A DNA stretch of 62,719 bases, filler included, from 4 parts of 4 records of this genome joined end to end with filler, not necessarily neighbours in it; one strand, 5' to 3'. Shown: positions 46,800 to 58,125, numbered from the whole stretch's first letter. Numbers and translations are program-made. Notes: generated from the letters alone by a model not told the origin.

Positions 46800-48419
46800 A
46801 TGAGCATGACCGCCGCCGACCCGACCGCATCGGTCGCCTCCCCTTCGTCCGCCCAGCCCGCTATTCGTGTTTACAACACGTTGAGCAAAACCAAAGAGCC
46901 GTTTTTGCCACTGCGTGCTCCTCGGGTTGGAATGTATTTGTGCGGGCCGACGGTTTATGCCGAGTCGCACATTGGACACATGGTTGGCCCGGTCATCTTC
47001 GACACCATCAAACGCTATCTGACGTACAGCGGGTACGAAGTGACTTGGGTGGTGAACATCACCGACGTTGACGACAAGCTGATCGGCAAATCGAAAGAAC
47101 GCGGCATTCCGATGAGCCAGATCGCGGTTGAGATGACCGCGGACTATCTGGCTAACTTGCGTGAGTTGGGTGTCAATCAGATTGACCACCTGCCGCGTGC
47201 GACGGACCACATGCCGCAGATCATCGCGTTCATCGGGTCGCTGGAATCAAAGGGCTTTGCTTATGCGATCGATGGCGATGTGTTCTTCGATGTGACGAAG
47301 GATCCAGGATACGGCCAATTGTCGAATCGTTCGGTGGAAGATCAACAAGGCGAAGGCGGCGGTGCGGCAGCCAAGAAACGCAACCCCGGCGACTTTGCAC
47401 TCTGGAAATCAGCCCGTCCCGGCGAACCTTTTTGGGACAGCCCATGGGGCGAAGGGCGGCCCGGTTGGCACATCGAGTGTTCCGCGATGAGTCACGAGAT
47501 TCTGGGTGAGACATTTGATATTCACGGTGGTGGATTGGATTTGATGTTCCCCCACCATGAAAACGAACGAGCGCAGAGCACGTGCTGCCACGGCGCACCG
47601 ATGGTGAAGTACTGGATGCACAACGGTCTGATGCGAGCCGGAGAAAAAGGCAAGGTCGGCGGCAAGAGCGATCGCGAAAATGCGGCGGCGGAAGCGGCCA
47701 GCGTGGAAGAGCAAGCGTCGGGCAAGATCAGTCGCAGCAAGGGTGCGGGTGGATTGGCGGATCTGATTCGCAGCCAAACCGGAGAACGCATTCGGTTCTT
47801 CCTGTTGCGGACGCAGTACCGAAGCACGATTGTTTACAACGAAGAAACCTTGGCTGAAGCGGGCACGTCGTTGGAAGCGTTCTATCGTTACTTCGACCGT
47901 TTTGCTGAGATCACCGGCGATTCGTTCTACGATTTGTCCGCGGCGACTCGGCGTGCAGATGGTGGATTTGATCCGGCCGGCGACGCGTTGCTGACCGAGA
48001 TCCACGCGATTCGAGAAAAGTTCCTGGCCGCGATGGATGACGATTTCAACACCGGTGCCGCGATCAGCGTGTTGTTTGATGCGTTGCGGACGCTCAATCG
48101 ACACATCGATTCGAATCAGCTCGCCGCCGGTGCCGATGCAAAATCGCCCGCCGTGGAATCGCTGGTCAAAGCGACATCGGTCATCGCGGAGTTGTCTCGC
48201 GTGCTCGGGTTGTTTGCAAAGCCACCGGCCACATCCGGTGGTGATGAAGCGGATGCGGAGTTGCTTGATTCCGTTGTGCATTTGTTGATCAACCTTCGCA
48301 AGGAAGCTCGCGAGCGAAAGGATTACGCCACCGGCGATGCGATCCGAGATCGATTGGCTGATTTGGGTGTCGCGTTGCTCGATAAGAAGGAAGGCACCTC
48401 TTGGGAACGCAAGTCGTAA
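46800..48419 (+). CDS. cysS: Cysteinyl-tRNA synthetase
   Basis: [43 protein letters not shown]. Confidence 0.97.
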   Translation: MSMTAADPTASVASPSSAQPAIRVYNTLSKTKEPFLPLRAPRVGMYLCGPTVYAESHIGHMVGPVIFDTIKRYLTYSGYEVTWVVNITDVDDKLIGKSKERGIPMSQIAVEMTADYLANLRELGVNQIDHLPRATDHMPQIIAFIGSLESKGFAYAIDGDVFFDVTKDPGYGQLSNRSVEDQQGEGGGAAAKKRNPGDFALWKSARPGEPFWDSPWGEGRPGWHIECSAMSHEILGETFDIHGGGLDLMFPHHENERAQSTCCHGAPMVKYWMHNGLMRAGEKGKVGGKSDRENAAAEAASVEEQASGKISRSKGAGGLADLIRSQTGERIRFFLLRTQYRSTIVYNEETLAEAGTSLEAFYRYFDRFAEITGDSFYDLSAATRRADGGFDPAGDALLTEIHAIREKFLAAMDDDFNTGAAISVLFDALRTLNRHIDSNQLAAGADAKSPAVESLVKATSVIAELSRVLGLFAKPPATSGGDEADAELLDSVVHLLINLRKEARERKDYATGDAIRDRLADLGVALLDKKEGTSWERKS

Positions 48420-48937
48420 CGGCTCGTCCTGGATCGGCTTCTTGCATTTTGGGAATCGACCCGGGGCTCAACACCACTGGTTACGCGGTGATCTCGCGAG
48501 AGGGACCGCGTTTGTGTCTGCGTGAAGCGGGTGTGATTAAATCACGTCGTTCCGACACGCTTCCCGAACGTTTGCGTGAAATCCATGTTGGGTTGTCAGA
48601 GGTTTTCGCGGCGCATGCCGTGGACCTGATGGCGTTGGAGCAATTGTTTTCGCACTACGATCGGCCTCGCACGGCGATTCTGATGGGGCACGCTCGTGGC
48701 GTGATTTGTTTGGCTGCCGCTTCGGCTGGTGTTCCGGTCGAACATTACGAGCCAACTCGCGTCAAAAAGGTGATGACCGGAAACGGTCGTGCACCGAAAA
48801 GTCAGATTCAGTTGGCGGTGAAGATGCAATTGAATCTGCAGTCGGTTCCCGAACCCGCCGACGTCGCCGACGCGATGGCAATTTCTTTGTGCGGGCACTA
48901 CCTGGCCAACAACCCGATCGACCAAGCGTTGGCGTGA
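48401..48937 (+). CDS. ruvC: Holliday junction resolvase RuvC
   Basis: ILGIDPG...TGY, E..F, G.GRA.K.Q, D.ADA. Confidence 0.95.
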   Translation: MGTQVVTARPGSASCILGIDPGLNTTGYAVISREGPRLCLREAGVIKSRRSDTLPERLREIHVGLSEVFAAHAVDLMALEQLFSHYDRPRTAILMGHARGVICLAAASAGVPVEHYEPTRVKKVMTGNGRAPKSQIQLAVKMQLNLQSVPEPADVADAMAISLCGHYLANNPIDQALA

Positions 48938-48990
48938 CTTGTGGTCCGATCAGGGCGGGGTGACGAGAAGGTGCTAGACTTCTGCTGTGT

Positions 48991-50562
48991 GTGTTTTCTT
49001 CCAGCGGAAGTGTGGCTGATTCCTTGAGTGATCCGACAATTCGTGTGCCGTCGTCGCAGTCGGGTTTTTCCGGTCAAGTGGCGAGTCAGCTTGGGCGCAC
49101 TCGCTATGGGTTGCTGTTGTTTGGAGTCGCCAGTCAATGCGTCACCATCGCGATCACTTGGCCGCTTTGGCAGGTGCGTCAGATGCCACCGCATTTGCCG
49201 ACCTTTGATCTGCCGCAAATCTCGTTTGGCTGGATGTTGATTGCTTCGCTGGTCTGGGTGGTCATTCGTCCTCGATCGGGAATGGCGGTGCACTGGGTTG
49301 TGTTGATCGTCGCGGCGATTTTTGACCAATTCCGCCTTCAGCCACAGTTCTTTTCGATTGCGTTGTTGATGACGGCGTGCGTTTGGGAGGCTGGCCACCG
49401 AATCGCTCGTTGGTTCTTGGTGTCGACTTGGGTTTGGGCGGGGATTCACAAGCTGTTGTCGCCGGACTGGTTCGGTTATGCGTCGCATTGGTTGGTTGAA
49501 CGCAGCGGTCTGGACGCCGATGCAACCTACATGTCGTTTGCCTTGGTCGTCGCGTTGGTTGAGCTTGCGGTGGGCGTGCTCGCGATCTTTCGGCCTCGAT
49601 GGGCGGCGCCCGCATGCGCGGCGATGCACGTCGGAATCGCGCTAACGATCTCGCCGCTTTTGGTGAATTGGAACGAAAGCGTGCTTCCGTGGAACTTGTC
49701 GGTCGCGGTGATTGGGTCTTGGGTGTTGTTGACCACGAAGACGTGGTATCCAACCTTCGGCTGGGAGAGGCTGGTTTGTGCCGCCGGTTTGATCGCGCCG
49801 ATTGGTTTCTATGGTGGATTGTTGGACCACGGTTTTTCGGGCGTGCTTTATTCCGCTTCGATCCCGCAGGGTTTGATAACCACAAAAACTAGCACGCTGC
49901 CGATCGAAGGCTGGGGGGAATTGCACGTTCCTTTTCCGAAGGAGCGCCGAACGATTCGGATCTACTTCGAGCAGGTTGCGAAGCCGGGCGACAAGTTGCA
50001 TCTCGCGGACCCGCGGCCTTGGTTGAGTGACGCTTTTTATGTGTTGGACTCGCGGCACCGAGCCAAAGAGATCGATCGAGATACGTTCTTTGATGGTTTG
50101 CCGCCCGGAAGTTTTGAGTTGCTAGAAGTTGGCGAGTCAGCTGGTGGTCAGGAGCAAGAGCCACTCGCGGTCAGCGGCGTTGGGGTGGACAGTCGCCGGT
50201 CGCTCTTTGAATTGCAAAAGGCGGAGGTGCGGATGGTCCGTCGCGAAAAAGGGCAGCCCATTTTCGCGGTCGAATTCACGCCTGAAAACTTCGATCCATC
50301 GCTGCTGGATCACGTGGCTCGGTTGCCAAATTTGATGCAAATTCAGCTCGCCGGGACCGGGGTCAAGGACAGTGATCTGTCGAGGTTGTCACAGTTGCGT
50401 TTGCTCACCGGCATTGGGCTCGATCGGACCGCAATCACCGACGAAGGCATCGCTCATTTGGAAAGCCTGCCTTTCTTGCAGCACATTGAGTGCGAAGGAA
50501 CCAAGGTCACTGCAGAGGCGATTGCCCGGGTGATCAAGAATCCTTACGTCGGCTTTGAGTGA
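48991..50562 (+). CDS. Multi-pass membrane protein (HTTM-like) with C-terminal LRR-like region
   Basis: DQFRLQP, WAGIHKL..DW; C-terminal L..L.L.GT.V.D..L..L repeats. Confidence 0.65.
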   Translation: MFSSSGSVADSLSDPTIRVPSSQSGFSGQVASQLGRTRYGLLLFGVASQCVTIAITWPLWQVRQMPPHLPTFDLPQISFGWMLIASLVWVVIRPRSGMAVHWVVLIVAAIFDQFRLQPQFFSIALLMTACVWEAGHRIARWFLVSTWVWAGIHKLLSPDWFGYASHWLVERSGLDADATYMSFALVVALVELAVGVLAIFRPRWAAPACAAMHVGIALTISPLLVNWNESVLPWNLSVAVIGSWVLLTTKTWYPTFGWERLVCAAGLIAPIGFYGGLLDHGFSGVLYSASIPQGLITTKTSTLPIEGWGELHVPFPKERRTIRIYFEQVAKPGDKLHLADPRPWLSDAFYVLDSRHRAKEIDRDTFFDGLPPGSFELLEVGESAGGQEQEPLAVSGVGVDSRRSLFELQKAEVRMVRREKGQPIFAVEFTPENFDPSLLDHVARLPNLMQIQLAGTGVKDSDLSRLSQLRLLTGIGLDRTAITDEGIAHLESLPFLQHIECEGTKVTAEAIARVIKNPYVGFE

Positions 50563-50711
50563 TCGTAAGTGCTTGGGGAAAAGGCGGCGTTGTGGGCCGC
50601 GTCTTGCAGGCTGAGTCGGTACTGCGAAACGTTGCGCTGGGAAGTGCGCCGGAGGGCTGAGTTCCGGTTATGTTCGAGGGAACATGAATTTGATCCACGG
50701 CGAGAGATGGT

Positions 50712-52067
50712 ATGTGCACGATGAATTGGTTGGTTGGCTCGTTTGCGTTTCTTGCAATGGCATTAGGGGTGGCCGGTAGCGGTGTCGGCGACGATTTCAC
50801 GCGATTTCGAGGTGCGGATGCGACCGGAGTCGCGGAGGATCATCCGGGGTTGCCGGCGACGTGGGACAAAGAAACCAATGTTGCTTGGGTGGTCGATGTC
50901 CCGGGGCAAGGTTGGGGTAGTCCGATCGTGATTGGTGACCGGGTGTTTGTGTCTTCGGTTGTCGCGGACGAGGCCAACACGCCGCCGCAGGGAGGTTTGT
51001 ATTTGGGTGAGGGCGTTCGTGATCCAGCGAAGGGTGTGCATCACTGGATGGTCTATTGCTTCGACTTGGGCAGTGGCAAAGAGCTTTGGAAGCACGAGGC
51101 TCACACCGGCCGGCCGGTTGTCCCGCGGCATCCCAAGAGTTCGTATGCCGCGGAGACTCCTGCGACCGATGGCGAGCGGCTGTTTGTCTTGTTTGGCGAC
51201 CTGGGGCTGTATTGTTACGGGCTGGATGGCGAGTTGCTGTGGTCGCGGATGATTGATCCAAAGAAAACGAACATGGATTACGGCGCGGCGGCATCCCCGG
51301 TTGTTCATGCGGGCCAGGTGTTCGTTGTTTATGACAACAAGGAAGAGTCTTGGATTGCCTCATTCGATACGCGAACGGGTGATCAGCTTTGGCGGACGCC
51401 ACGTGACGAGGTGATGTCCTGGGCGACCCCGTTCGTCTGGGAGAACGAGCTTCGGACCGAGATCGTTGTGCCCGGCCAGCGAGTCAATCGGAGTTATTCG
51501 CTTGATGGGAAGGAGCTGTGGAGTTTTGACGGTGACATGTCCATCTTGGTCATTCCGTCGCCCTTTGCCGCCCATGGGTTGTGTTACTTATCGTCGGGCT
51601 ATGTTGGTGACGCACACCGGCCGACCTTTGCGATTCGCCCAGGTGCATCAGGGAGGATCGATACCGAAGACGGGTTCGCGAACAGCGAATTCATCGAGTG
51701 GTATCAGCCGCGGGCTTCACCGTACAACACGACGCAGATTGTCTACGGCGATTATCTGTACACGGTGTATGACCAAGGCTTCATGACTTGCCACAATGCG
51801 AAGACTGGCGAAGAGGTCTACGGAAAGAAGCGGTTCTCACCGAAAGGTTCGTTTACAGCTTCGCCGTGGGCCTACGACGGCAAGGTGTTCTGCCTGAGCG
51901 AGCAGGGGCTGACCTATGTTGTTCAGGCTGGACCCGAGTTTGAGATCCTGCAAACCAACCCGCTAGATGAACTTTGCATCGCGACGCCGAGCGTTGTTGA
52001 AGGCAAGCTTCTGATCCGAACGCTGACGAAGGTTTACTGCATCAGCGAACACGATGTGCACGATTGA
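50712..52067 (+). CDS. PQQ-like beta-propeller protein (planctomycete type)
   Basis: FRG, G.G.GSP, repeated G...W and ASP motifs. Confidence 0.88.
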   Translation: MCTMNWLVGSFAFLAMALGVAGSGVGDDFTRFRGADATGVAEDHPGLPATWDKETNVAWVVDVPGQGWGSPIVIGDRVFVSSVVADEANTPPQGGLYLGEGVRDPAKGVHHWMVYCFDLGSGKELWKHEAHTGRPVVPRHPKSSYAAETPATDGERLFVLFGDLGLYCYGLDGELLWSRMIDPKKTNMDYGAAASPVVHAGQVFVVYDNKEESWIASFDTRTGDQLWRTPRDEVMSWATPFVWENELRTEIVVPGQRVNRSYSLDGKELWSFDGDMSILVIPSPFAAHGLCYLSSGYVGDAHRPTFAIRPGASGRIDTEDGFANSEFIEWYQPRASPYNTTQIVYGDYLYTVYDQGFMTCHNAKTGEEVYGKKRFSPKGSFTASPWAYDGKVFCLSEQGLTYVVQAGPEFEILQTNPLDELCIATPSVVEGKLLIRTLTKVYCISEHDVHD

Positions 52068-52136
52068 AAGGGCGAGCAAGCTGGAAGGCGGCCCTTGGTG
52101 TTGTTCACGCTCGCTAAGTTTTGGCGGGCGGTGATG

Positions 52137-52162
52137 GGCTCACGCGGTTGAATGCGTGAGCC
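52137..52162. terminator. Hairpin between convergent genes
   Basis: GGCTCACGC/GCGTGAGCC. Confidence 0.5.
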
Positions 52163-52188
52163 AGAGACCGTTCAGCAAATCGTCGATG

Positions 52189-53265
52189 TCAGCGAATCAT
52201 CGATGAGCTGGGGTAAGCCTGCGAGGCACCGGTGCTGCCGGGGGTGTAGCCGGCTGGTTTGACCGTGTTGGATGAGCTGGCCCCGGTTGCGGTTTGGTAG
52301 CTCGGCGACTCGGTCACGGTCGAGGCTGCTTTGGCGGCTGCATCAGCAGTTGCTTTGGTCGCCGTGCTTGCGGCGGAAGCCACTTTCTCAGATGCATCCG
52401 AAATCGTGTTGCTCAGGTCGTCAGGCAGTCCGATGGCCGAAATGGCAGGCGAAGTGCTTGCTTGGCTGGAAGCACTTGGGCCAGCGGTCAGGTCGCTTGG
52501 CAGCGAGAACGCGGACCCCGGTGTCGATTTGCTCGACGGTTGTTGAGCGACGATTGCGTCGAGGTCAGCTCCGGGCAACGTGAATCCGTTGCTTTTGCTG
52601 GCCGATGTCTTGGAGCTGGATGCGATTGCATCCGCACCCGCTGGTGGCGAAGTCGACGGCACCGTGATCGGAGGCATCGCGGTTGGACGAGGCGTTGTGC
52701 TTTGAGCCGAAGCTTGAGTGGAAGCGGTCGGCGTGGTAGCGGATGGTTGGGTTCCCATCGCGTATCCGTTCGCTGACGCGGCAGCGTAGCTGGCCGGTTG
52801 CGACGGTGTTTGGTTGCCGGGCAAAGCATACGAGGCTGGCGGCAGCGATCCGTTGGATTGCGACGCGACCGAACCGTATGGGTTGCCGACGGGCGATGTC
52901 GGTGTGCTCGGGACGCCGGGTGTGCTTTCGACGGTTGGCATGCCAGCGGTGCTGGACGCGTACATGTTGGGCGAAGTTCCGCCTGGCATTCCGTTTGGCG
53001 TGGTCGCGGGTGCTGTTCCACCGGCGATCGATGCGATCGCGTTTGGGGTGGCTTTGGAGGACGGTGGTTGCGGGTAGGTTTGCGTGGGGCCGGTGCCAGC
53101 AAGCGTTTCAGCGGAGGGTTCACCTCGCATGCTGAACATGTTCAAGCTGGGGCGTCCGCTGCGGCAACCGGTGGAAACGATGCTCGCCGTCACGCAAAAA
53201 CCGATGGCGGCGTGGGCGATTAGAGTTCGCGCGGCTTTTCGAGTTTGAGCTGATCGAGTTGTCAT
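52189..53265 (-). CDS. Low-complexity S/T/P/A-rich lipoprotein
   Basis: Signal with STGC lipobox; disordered composition; GGAAGGA RBS-like sequence upstream of the ATG. Confidence 0.72.
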   Translation of the reverse strand: MTTRSAQTRKAARTLIAHAAIGFCVTASIVSTGCRSGRPSLNMFSMRGEPSAETLAGTGPTQTYPQPPSSKATPNAIASIAGGTAPATTPNGMPGGTSPNMYASSTAGMPTVESTPGVPSTPTSPVGNPYGSVASQSNGSLPPASYALPGNQTPSQPASYAAASANGYAMGTQPSATTPTASTQASAQSTTPRPTAMPPITVPSTSPPAGADAIASSSKTSASKSNGFTLPGADLDAIVAQQPSSKSTPGSAFSLPSDLTAGPSASSQASTSPAISAIGLPDDLSNTISDASEKVASAASTATKATADAAAKAASTVTESPSYQTATGASSSNTVKPAGYTPGSTGASQAYPSSSMIR

Positions 53266-53529
53266 CGTCGCGTCCTTCCGTCGGAGGCGGAATGGTGTTG
53301 TCGAAATGGTTCCAGCTGTTGGATCGACTGATTCAATCGTCCAGTGAAGCCAAATCGGCAAATTCAATCCAATTGATACAGGCGGTCGAATGTCTGGTGA
53401 CCGTCATACAGGCAGCCCATGCGACGAACGCACGGGGCGAAACCACAGGGCGACTCGTTAACTAGGAACTCAGCGGGGGTGGTGTCAAGAGATCCGTGAA
53501 GTCGAAATGAGTTGGATTGAACGCGAAGA

Positions 53530-54009
53530 TCACAAATACATGGCTTGGAAGCCGTCGCCTTCTTCGATTTGTCGTTGGATTTTTTCCAAGCGTTTCTCGG
53601 TCTGAGTCAGATCACCGGCCTGGATGTAACGGTCGAACTCCACCGCGATGGAATGCTTAACCGATTCGGCCAAAAACTCGACGGCGGGTTCGTTGAGCCA
53701 ATCGCAGGTTTCTTCGCCGAGAGTGACTGTCAGGTCGACCGCCTTCGTCTTCAGATCTTTTTCGCCGGTCATCACGACGCCTTCGACATGAAACTCAACC
53801 CGTCCACGATCGGGATCGTTGGTCAGGTGAAAAACGCAACGGGCACGATGCAGGTAGTACGTGTTGTAGGTGCCGTGTTTGGCGAGTGCTGCTTTGACTC
53901 GCAGGACAAAGGCCTCGTAATTCGGTGAAGCATCGAGCGGTACATCCAACCGCGTGATGGTTCGAAGCGGCAAGCAATCAAATTCGAATTCGACCCAACG
54001 ACCCAACAT
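53530..54009 (-). CDS. Hypothetical protein
   Basis: GGAG RBS; globular-looking composition. Confidence 0.72.
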   Translation of the reverse strand: MLGRWVEFEFDCLPLRTITRLDVPLDASPNYEAFVLRVKAALAKHGTYNTYYLHRARCVFHLTNDPDRGRVEFHVEGVVMTGEKDLKTKAVDLTVTLGEETCDWLNEPAVEFLAESVKHSIAVEFDRYIQAGDLTQTEKRLEKIQRQIEEGDGFQAMYL

Positions 54010-54288
54010 TCCACTCTCCTGGTGCACTGCGTGACAAGTTTCACAACCCCAACTTTTCATCGCGCAGCTGGGGTTTGTTAAATGCCTTTGTGACGCATTT
54101 TACCGTGTATTGCGACCCCAACGGACTGCTTCAGTGGCAAGTGGGATCCTCGGGAACGTTGTGAACGAGCGGCGGTTGCGATTTGCGCGATGGAATTTTC
54201 TTGACCGAGTCTTAGCCGACGCCTCAAAGTGATCTCAGGTGAAGACCTTTTCGATCGACCTTGCCCCTTTTCAGATGAGGACCTCGTC

Positions 54289-54810
54289 ATGACAAAAACA
54301 ATTGGAACTGCCACGCTTCCCACACCGAGCCCCGGAACCATGCCACACGTCACGGCTCGGGAGATGATGGTTCGGAATCTCATCACATTGTCGCCGACGA
54401 TGGACGCGTTGGAGGCTCTCGATGTGTTGCTGCGACAACGTATCTCGGGTGCACCCGTGGTGGATGGAGACGGTCACTTTGTCGGAGTCTTTTCAGAGAA
54501 GTCGTGCATGAAGTTTGTCGTCGGCATGGCTTACGAAAATCTTCCCAGCATTCCGGTCGGCGACCTGACGGACAAGAATCCACCGACGATCAGTGAAGAG
54601 ACTGATTTGCTGACGATTGCGCAGACGTTTCTTGATGCTGCTTGTCGTCGATTGCCGGTCTTGGACAGCGAAGGACGATTGAGAGGGCAGATCTCAAGGC
54701 GAGACGTGATGCGTGCGGTTCGAAGTCACATGGAAACGCCGGTGAAGTCCAACACGCCAACCGGGTTGTATCTCAGTGCGATTTTCTCGTCCGATGACCG
54801 GCGTGTCTGA
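54289..54810 (+). CDS. CBS domain pair protein
   Basis: ISGAPVVD..G..VG..SE, RRLPVLD..G.L.G.ISR.D. Confidence 0.88.
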   Translation: MTKTIGTATLPTPSPGTMPHVTAREMMVRNLITLSPTMDALEALDVLLRQRISGAPVVDGDGHFVGVFSEKSCMKFVVGMAYENLPSIPVGDLTDKNPPTISEETDLLTIAQTFLDAACRRLPVLDSEGRLRGQISRRDVMRAVRSHMETPVKSNTPTGLYLSAIFSSDDRRV

Positions 54811-55137
54811 CGCGGTCGATCACGTTTTGCCGCAGTCGTGATTCGCCACCGAGAGTGGTGCCGTGGTGCGAATGCTGGACGGCTGTGAGTGAGACGGGCG
54901 TGTTCCGGACGAATGTGGTCGGGCAGAAGTGCCGGGCGGATGTGGTTGTGAAAGAGTGGAGAAGTGGTTGTGAAAGAATGGATTGGAGAGTCGACTGGGA
55001 GTTGGATTCATTGGATGCAGGGGAATTGCCCGGGGAACAGTGTTCGGCGATAATGCCGCCGCGTCGCCCCGAGGGCGTCGATTCCTGTGTTGTGATCCGT
55101 TTGATGGATCCGATTCCCCATTTTCCTGGAGACCTCC

Positions 55138-56142
55138 ATGCCACGTCCCGTTACGATTTTCACTGGTCAATGGGCGGATTTGCCGATCGAAGAGATGGCA
55201 GCCATGACCGCCGATTTCGGATACGATGGGATCGAATTGGCTTGCTGGGGCGATCACTTTGAAGTCGACAAAGCACTCGCCGAAGACGACTACTGCGAGA
55301 AGAAGCATGCTCTTCTCGCCAAGCACAATCTGCAGTGCCACGCCATTAGCGCTCACTTGGTCGGGCAAGCCGTCTTGGACAACATCGATGAGCGACACAA
55401 GTCCATCCTGCCTGATTACGTCTGGGGCGATGGCAAACCAGAAGGCGTCAACGATCGTGCGATCGAGGAACTGAAGAATACCGCTCGTGCCGCGCAAAAG
55501 TTTGGTGTCGATGTGGTCAACGGCTTCACCGGCAGCAGCATTTGGCACTTGTTGTATTCGTTCCCACCGGTTCCGCCAAAGATGATCGATGCTGGATTCG
55601 AATTGTTGGCAGAACGCTTCAATCCAATTCTGGATGTGTTCGGCGAATGCGGCGTGCGTTTCGCGTTGGAAGTTCACCCCACTGAAATCGCGTTTGACAT
55701 CTACACCGCTCAACGTGCTTTGGAAGCGTTGGACAATCGTCCCGAGTTTGGTTTCAACTTTGACCCCAGCCACTTGATCTGGCAGGGCATCGATCCGGTT
55801 CAGTTCATTCGCATGTTCCCCGATCGCATTTATCACGTGCACATCAAAGACGCGATTGTGACGTTGGACGGACGAACAGGCATCAACGCCAGCCACTTGA
55901 ACTTTGGCGATTCGCGACGCGGTTGGGATTTCCGTAGCCCCGGTCGTGGTGGCGTGAACTTCGAAGAGATCATCCGCGCACTCAACGAGATCGACTACCA
56001 AGGACCTTTGTCCATCGAGTGGGAAGACAGTGGAATGGAACGAACCTTCGGTGCCCGCGAGGCTTGTGAGTTCACCAAGAAATTGGACTTCTCGCCGAGT
56101 AATCGTGCGTTCGACGCCGCCTTCGACGAAGAGAACGATTGA
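55138..56142 (+). CDS. Sugar phosphate isomerase/epimerase (TIM barrel, xylose isomerase-like)
   Basis: [30 protein letters not shown]. Confidence 0.9.
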   Translation: MPRPVTIFTGQWADLPIEEMAAMTADFGYDGIELACWGDHFEVDKALAEDDYCEKKHALLAKHNLQCHAISAHLVGQAVLDNIDERHKSILPDYVWGDGKPEGVNDRAIEELKNTARAAQKFGVDVVNGFTGSSIWHLLYSFPPVPPKMIDAGFELLAERFNPILDVFGECGVRFALEVHPTEIAFDIYTAQRALEALDNRPEFGFNFDPSHLIWQGIDPVQFIRMFPDRIYHVHIKDAIVTLDGRTGINASHLNFGDSRRGWDFRSPGRGGVNFEEIIRALNEIDYQGPLSIEWEDSGMERTFGAREACEFTKKLDFSPSNRAFDAAFDEEND

Positions 56143-56147
56143 GTCGC

Positions 56148-56351
56148 ATGATTGACATTACAGTCAACGGCCGTCCCACACAGATCGATCGGCCGATGCC
56201 GATCGACGAACTGCTGGTGACGGTCGAGGTCCCAAAGAATTACTTGGCCGTTGAAGTCAACGAAGATGTCGTGCCGCGAGAGGAATACGGCGCCACAATC
56301 GTTTCCGAGGGTGACCGTGTCGAAGTGGTGACGTTGGTCGGAGGCGGTTGA
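56148..56351 (+). CDS. thiS: Sulfur carrier protein ThiS
   Basis: ITVNG, AVEVN, GD.VEVV..VGGG C-terminus. Confidence 0.93.
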   Translation: MIDITVNGRPTQIDRPMPIDELLVTVEVPKNYLAVEVNEDVVPREEYGATIVSEGDRVEVVTLVGGG

Positions 56352-56547
56352 ATCCGTCAGCTCGCCGGTCGACGATCCAGGGCTGATCGACCACTTGAAT
56401 TTGTCTGGCGGATTGAGGGGCGGATGGGTGATTGGGGATTGTTGTTGCGAGCAATCGGTTGTCTGATCAGGGCGGTTTCACTAGACCCGATACGCGTCAA
56501 TTGATTCGCTGTCACGCTTCTTTGCCTTTTCGCACCATCTGCCTTCT

Positions 56548-57411
56548 ATGACCACCGACGCTCTCTCCGATTCACCGTTGAAGATTGGATCGCACACGCT
56601 GACCAGCCGTCTGTTGGTCGGCACGGGGCGTTACGACACGATGGAGCAGATGCGTGATTCGTTGGACGCATCGGGCACCGAGTGTGTGACTGTCGCAGTT
56701 CGTCGCGAACGTCTGTACGAACGGACGGGCCAGAACATTCTGGATTTCATTGATTCCGATCGTTACATCCTGCTGCCGAACACGGCGGGGTGTTACACCG
56801 CGGCAGATGCCGTGCGTGCGGCAAAATTGGGACGAGAGATCCTGCGGACGCTTGGCAACCCTGGTTCAGACTGGGTGAAACTGGAAGTGCTCGGTGATTC
56901 CAAGACGTTGCTGCCCGATCCGGTGGAAACAGTGGCGGCGTGCGAGCAGTTGGCGGCGGATGGTTTTTCAGTGTTGTGCTACACCAGCGATTGTCCGGTC
57001 ACGGCTCAGCGTCTGAAGAAGGTTGGTGCGGCGGCGGTCATGCCAGCGGGCAGTCCGATCGGTAGCGGCGCGGGAATTTTGAATCCCGCCAATTTGCAGA
57101 TCATTTTGGAATATCTGAAAGAAGACGACGAAGACTATCCCGTCATCATCGATGCGGGAGTTGGAACGGCCAGCGATGTGTCCGTGGCGATGGAATTGGG
57201 AGCCGACGGCGTGTTGTTGAACACCGCGATCGCTCACGCTCGTGAACCCGTTCGGATGGCACATGCGATGAGGATGGCAGTCGATGCCGGACGGCACGCT
57301 GCATTGGCCGGACGCATCCCGAAACGTTTGTATGGAACCGCGAGTAGTCCTCAGGAAGGCGTGATCAGCACGCGACCGTACGGCTCGCAAGCCGATGAAA
57401 TTGGATCTTGA
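56548..57411 (+). CDS. thiG: Thiazole synthase
   Basis: LPNTAGC, KLEV, MP.GSPIGSG, DAGVG. Confidence 0.96.
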   Translation: MTTDALSDSPLKIGSHTLTSRLLVGTGRYDTMEQMRDSLDASGTECVTVAVRRERLYERTGQNILDFIDSDRYILLPNTAGCYTAADAVRAAKLGREILRTLGNPGSDWVKLEVLGDSKTLLPDPVETVAACEQLAADGFSVLCYTSDCPVTAQRLKKVGAAAVMPAGSPIGSGAGILNPANLQIILEYLKEDDEDYPVIIDAGVGTASDVSVAMELGADGVLLNTAIAHAREPVRMAHAMRMAVDAGRHAALAGRIPKRLYGTASSPQEGVISTRPYGSQADEIGS

Positions 57412-57413
57412 TC

Positions 57414-57629
57414 ATGTCGATGGAAGATCGAATCACCGAACTGGAAATCGCACTCGTTCACACGCAGCGTGTTTGTGAGCAGCTCAATGAAATTGTGACC
57501 GAATTGTCGCTCGAGGCTCAGCGTCGCGATCGCGAGATGAAGCGAATGGTTGATCAATTGAAAGAGCTCAAGGGCAAGGTCAGCGAACGGGGTGGCGAAT
57601 TGGAAGACGAAAAGCCGCCGCACTATTGA
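57414..57629 (+). CDS. slyX: SlyX family protein
   Basis: RI.ELE, C-terminal EKPPHY. Confidence 0.9.
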   Translation: MSMEDRITELEIALVHTQRVCEQLNEIVTELSLEAQRRDREMKRMVDQLKELKGKVSERGGELEDEKPPHY

Positions 57630-57770
57630 GTTCGCCGAAAAGTGAATTGAATCGTCGCTGAGGAAGTTTGTTCCGATTAGGCAGAGTTTTCGGTTCAGGC
57701 GGGCTGTTGTGATTGCCGATGGCAGAGATGACCGTGTCTCGTTTTCTCCCATCGCTTTTGTCTGCCACAC

Positions 57771-57995
57771 ATGTCATCCGATTCAAACCAGCGTCCACCC
57801 GCCAACGAACTGACCGCCGAAGAATTGATTCTGCAGATGGAGGTCGAGGAGGTCCAGGAATTGTTGGGAGACATGGGATTCGACCCACGCCCCGAATTTG
57901 CTCGTGGGATTCAGCAATTGGTCGCTTCGCTGGGATCGCTCGATGCAGCCATCGTCGCATTGCAGGACGATTTGGTGCAGCGACGGGCTGCCTGA
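57771..57995 (+). CDS. Small hypothetical protein
   Basis: 74-aa acidic helical ORF; possible sigma28-like promoter upstream. Confidence 0.6.
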   Translation: MSSDSNQRPPANELTAEELILQMEVEEVQELLGDMGFDPRPEFARGIQQLVASLGSLDAAIVALQDDLVQRRAA

Positions 57996-58125
57996 ATCGG
58001 GCCGCATCAAGACGCCCGATCAAGCATGGGGCGACTGTGGGAATTTGGCGAAGCGGTTAAACTTGGCAGTTCGCATCGGTTCAATGAACTGACGCTTCAG
58101 TTTCCCCTGCCAGTTGAAATCGCTC

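Noticed and set aside
54820-56001. 393-aa antisense ORF (similarly 47409-48281, 61438-62298, 45680-46567, 23892-24557)
   Set aside because: Shadow frames opposite well-supported genes, with no recognisable motifs
17876-57411. Thiamine theme across contigs (TPP-regulated uptake in contig 2, thiS/thiG in contig 3)
   Set aside because: Different genomes joined arbitrarily; cross-feeding cannot be inferred from adjacency
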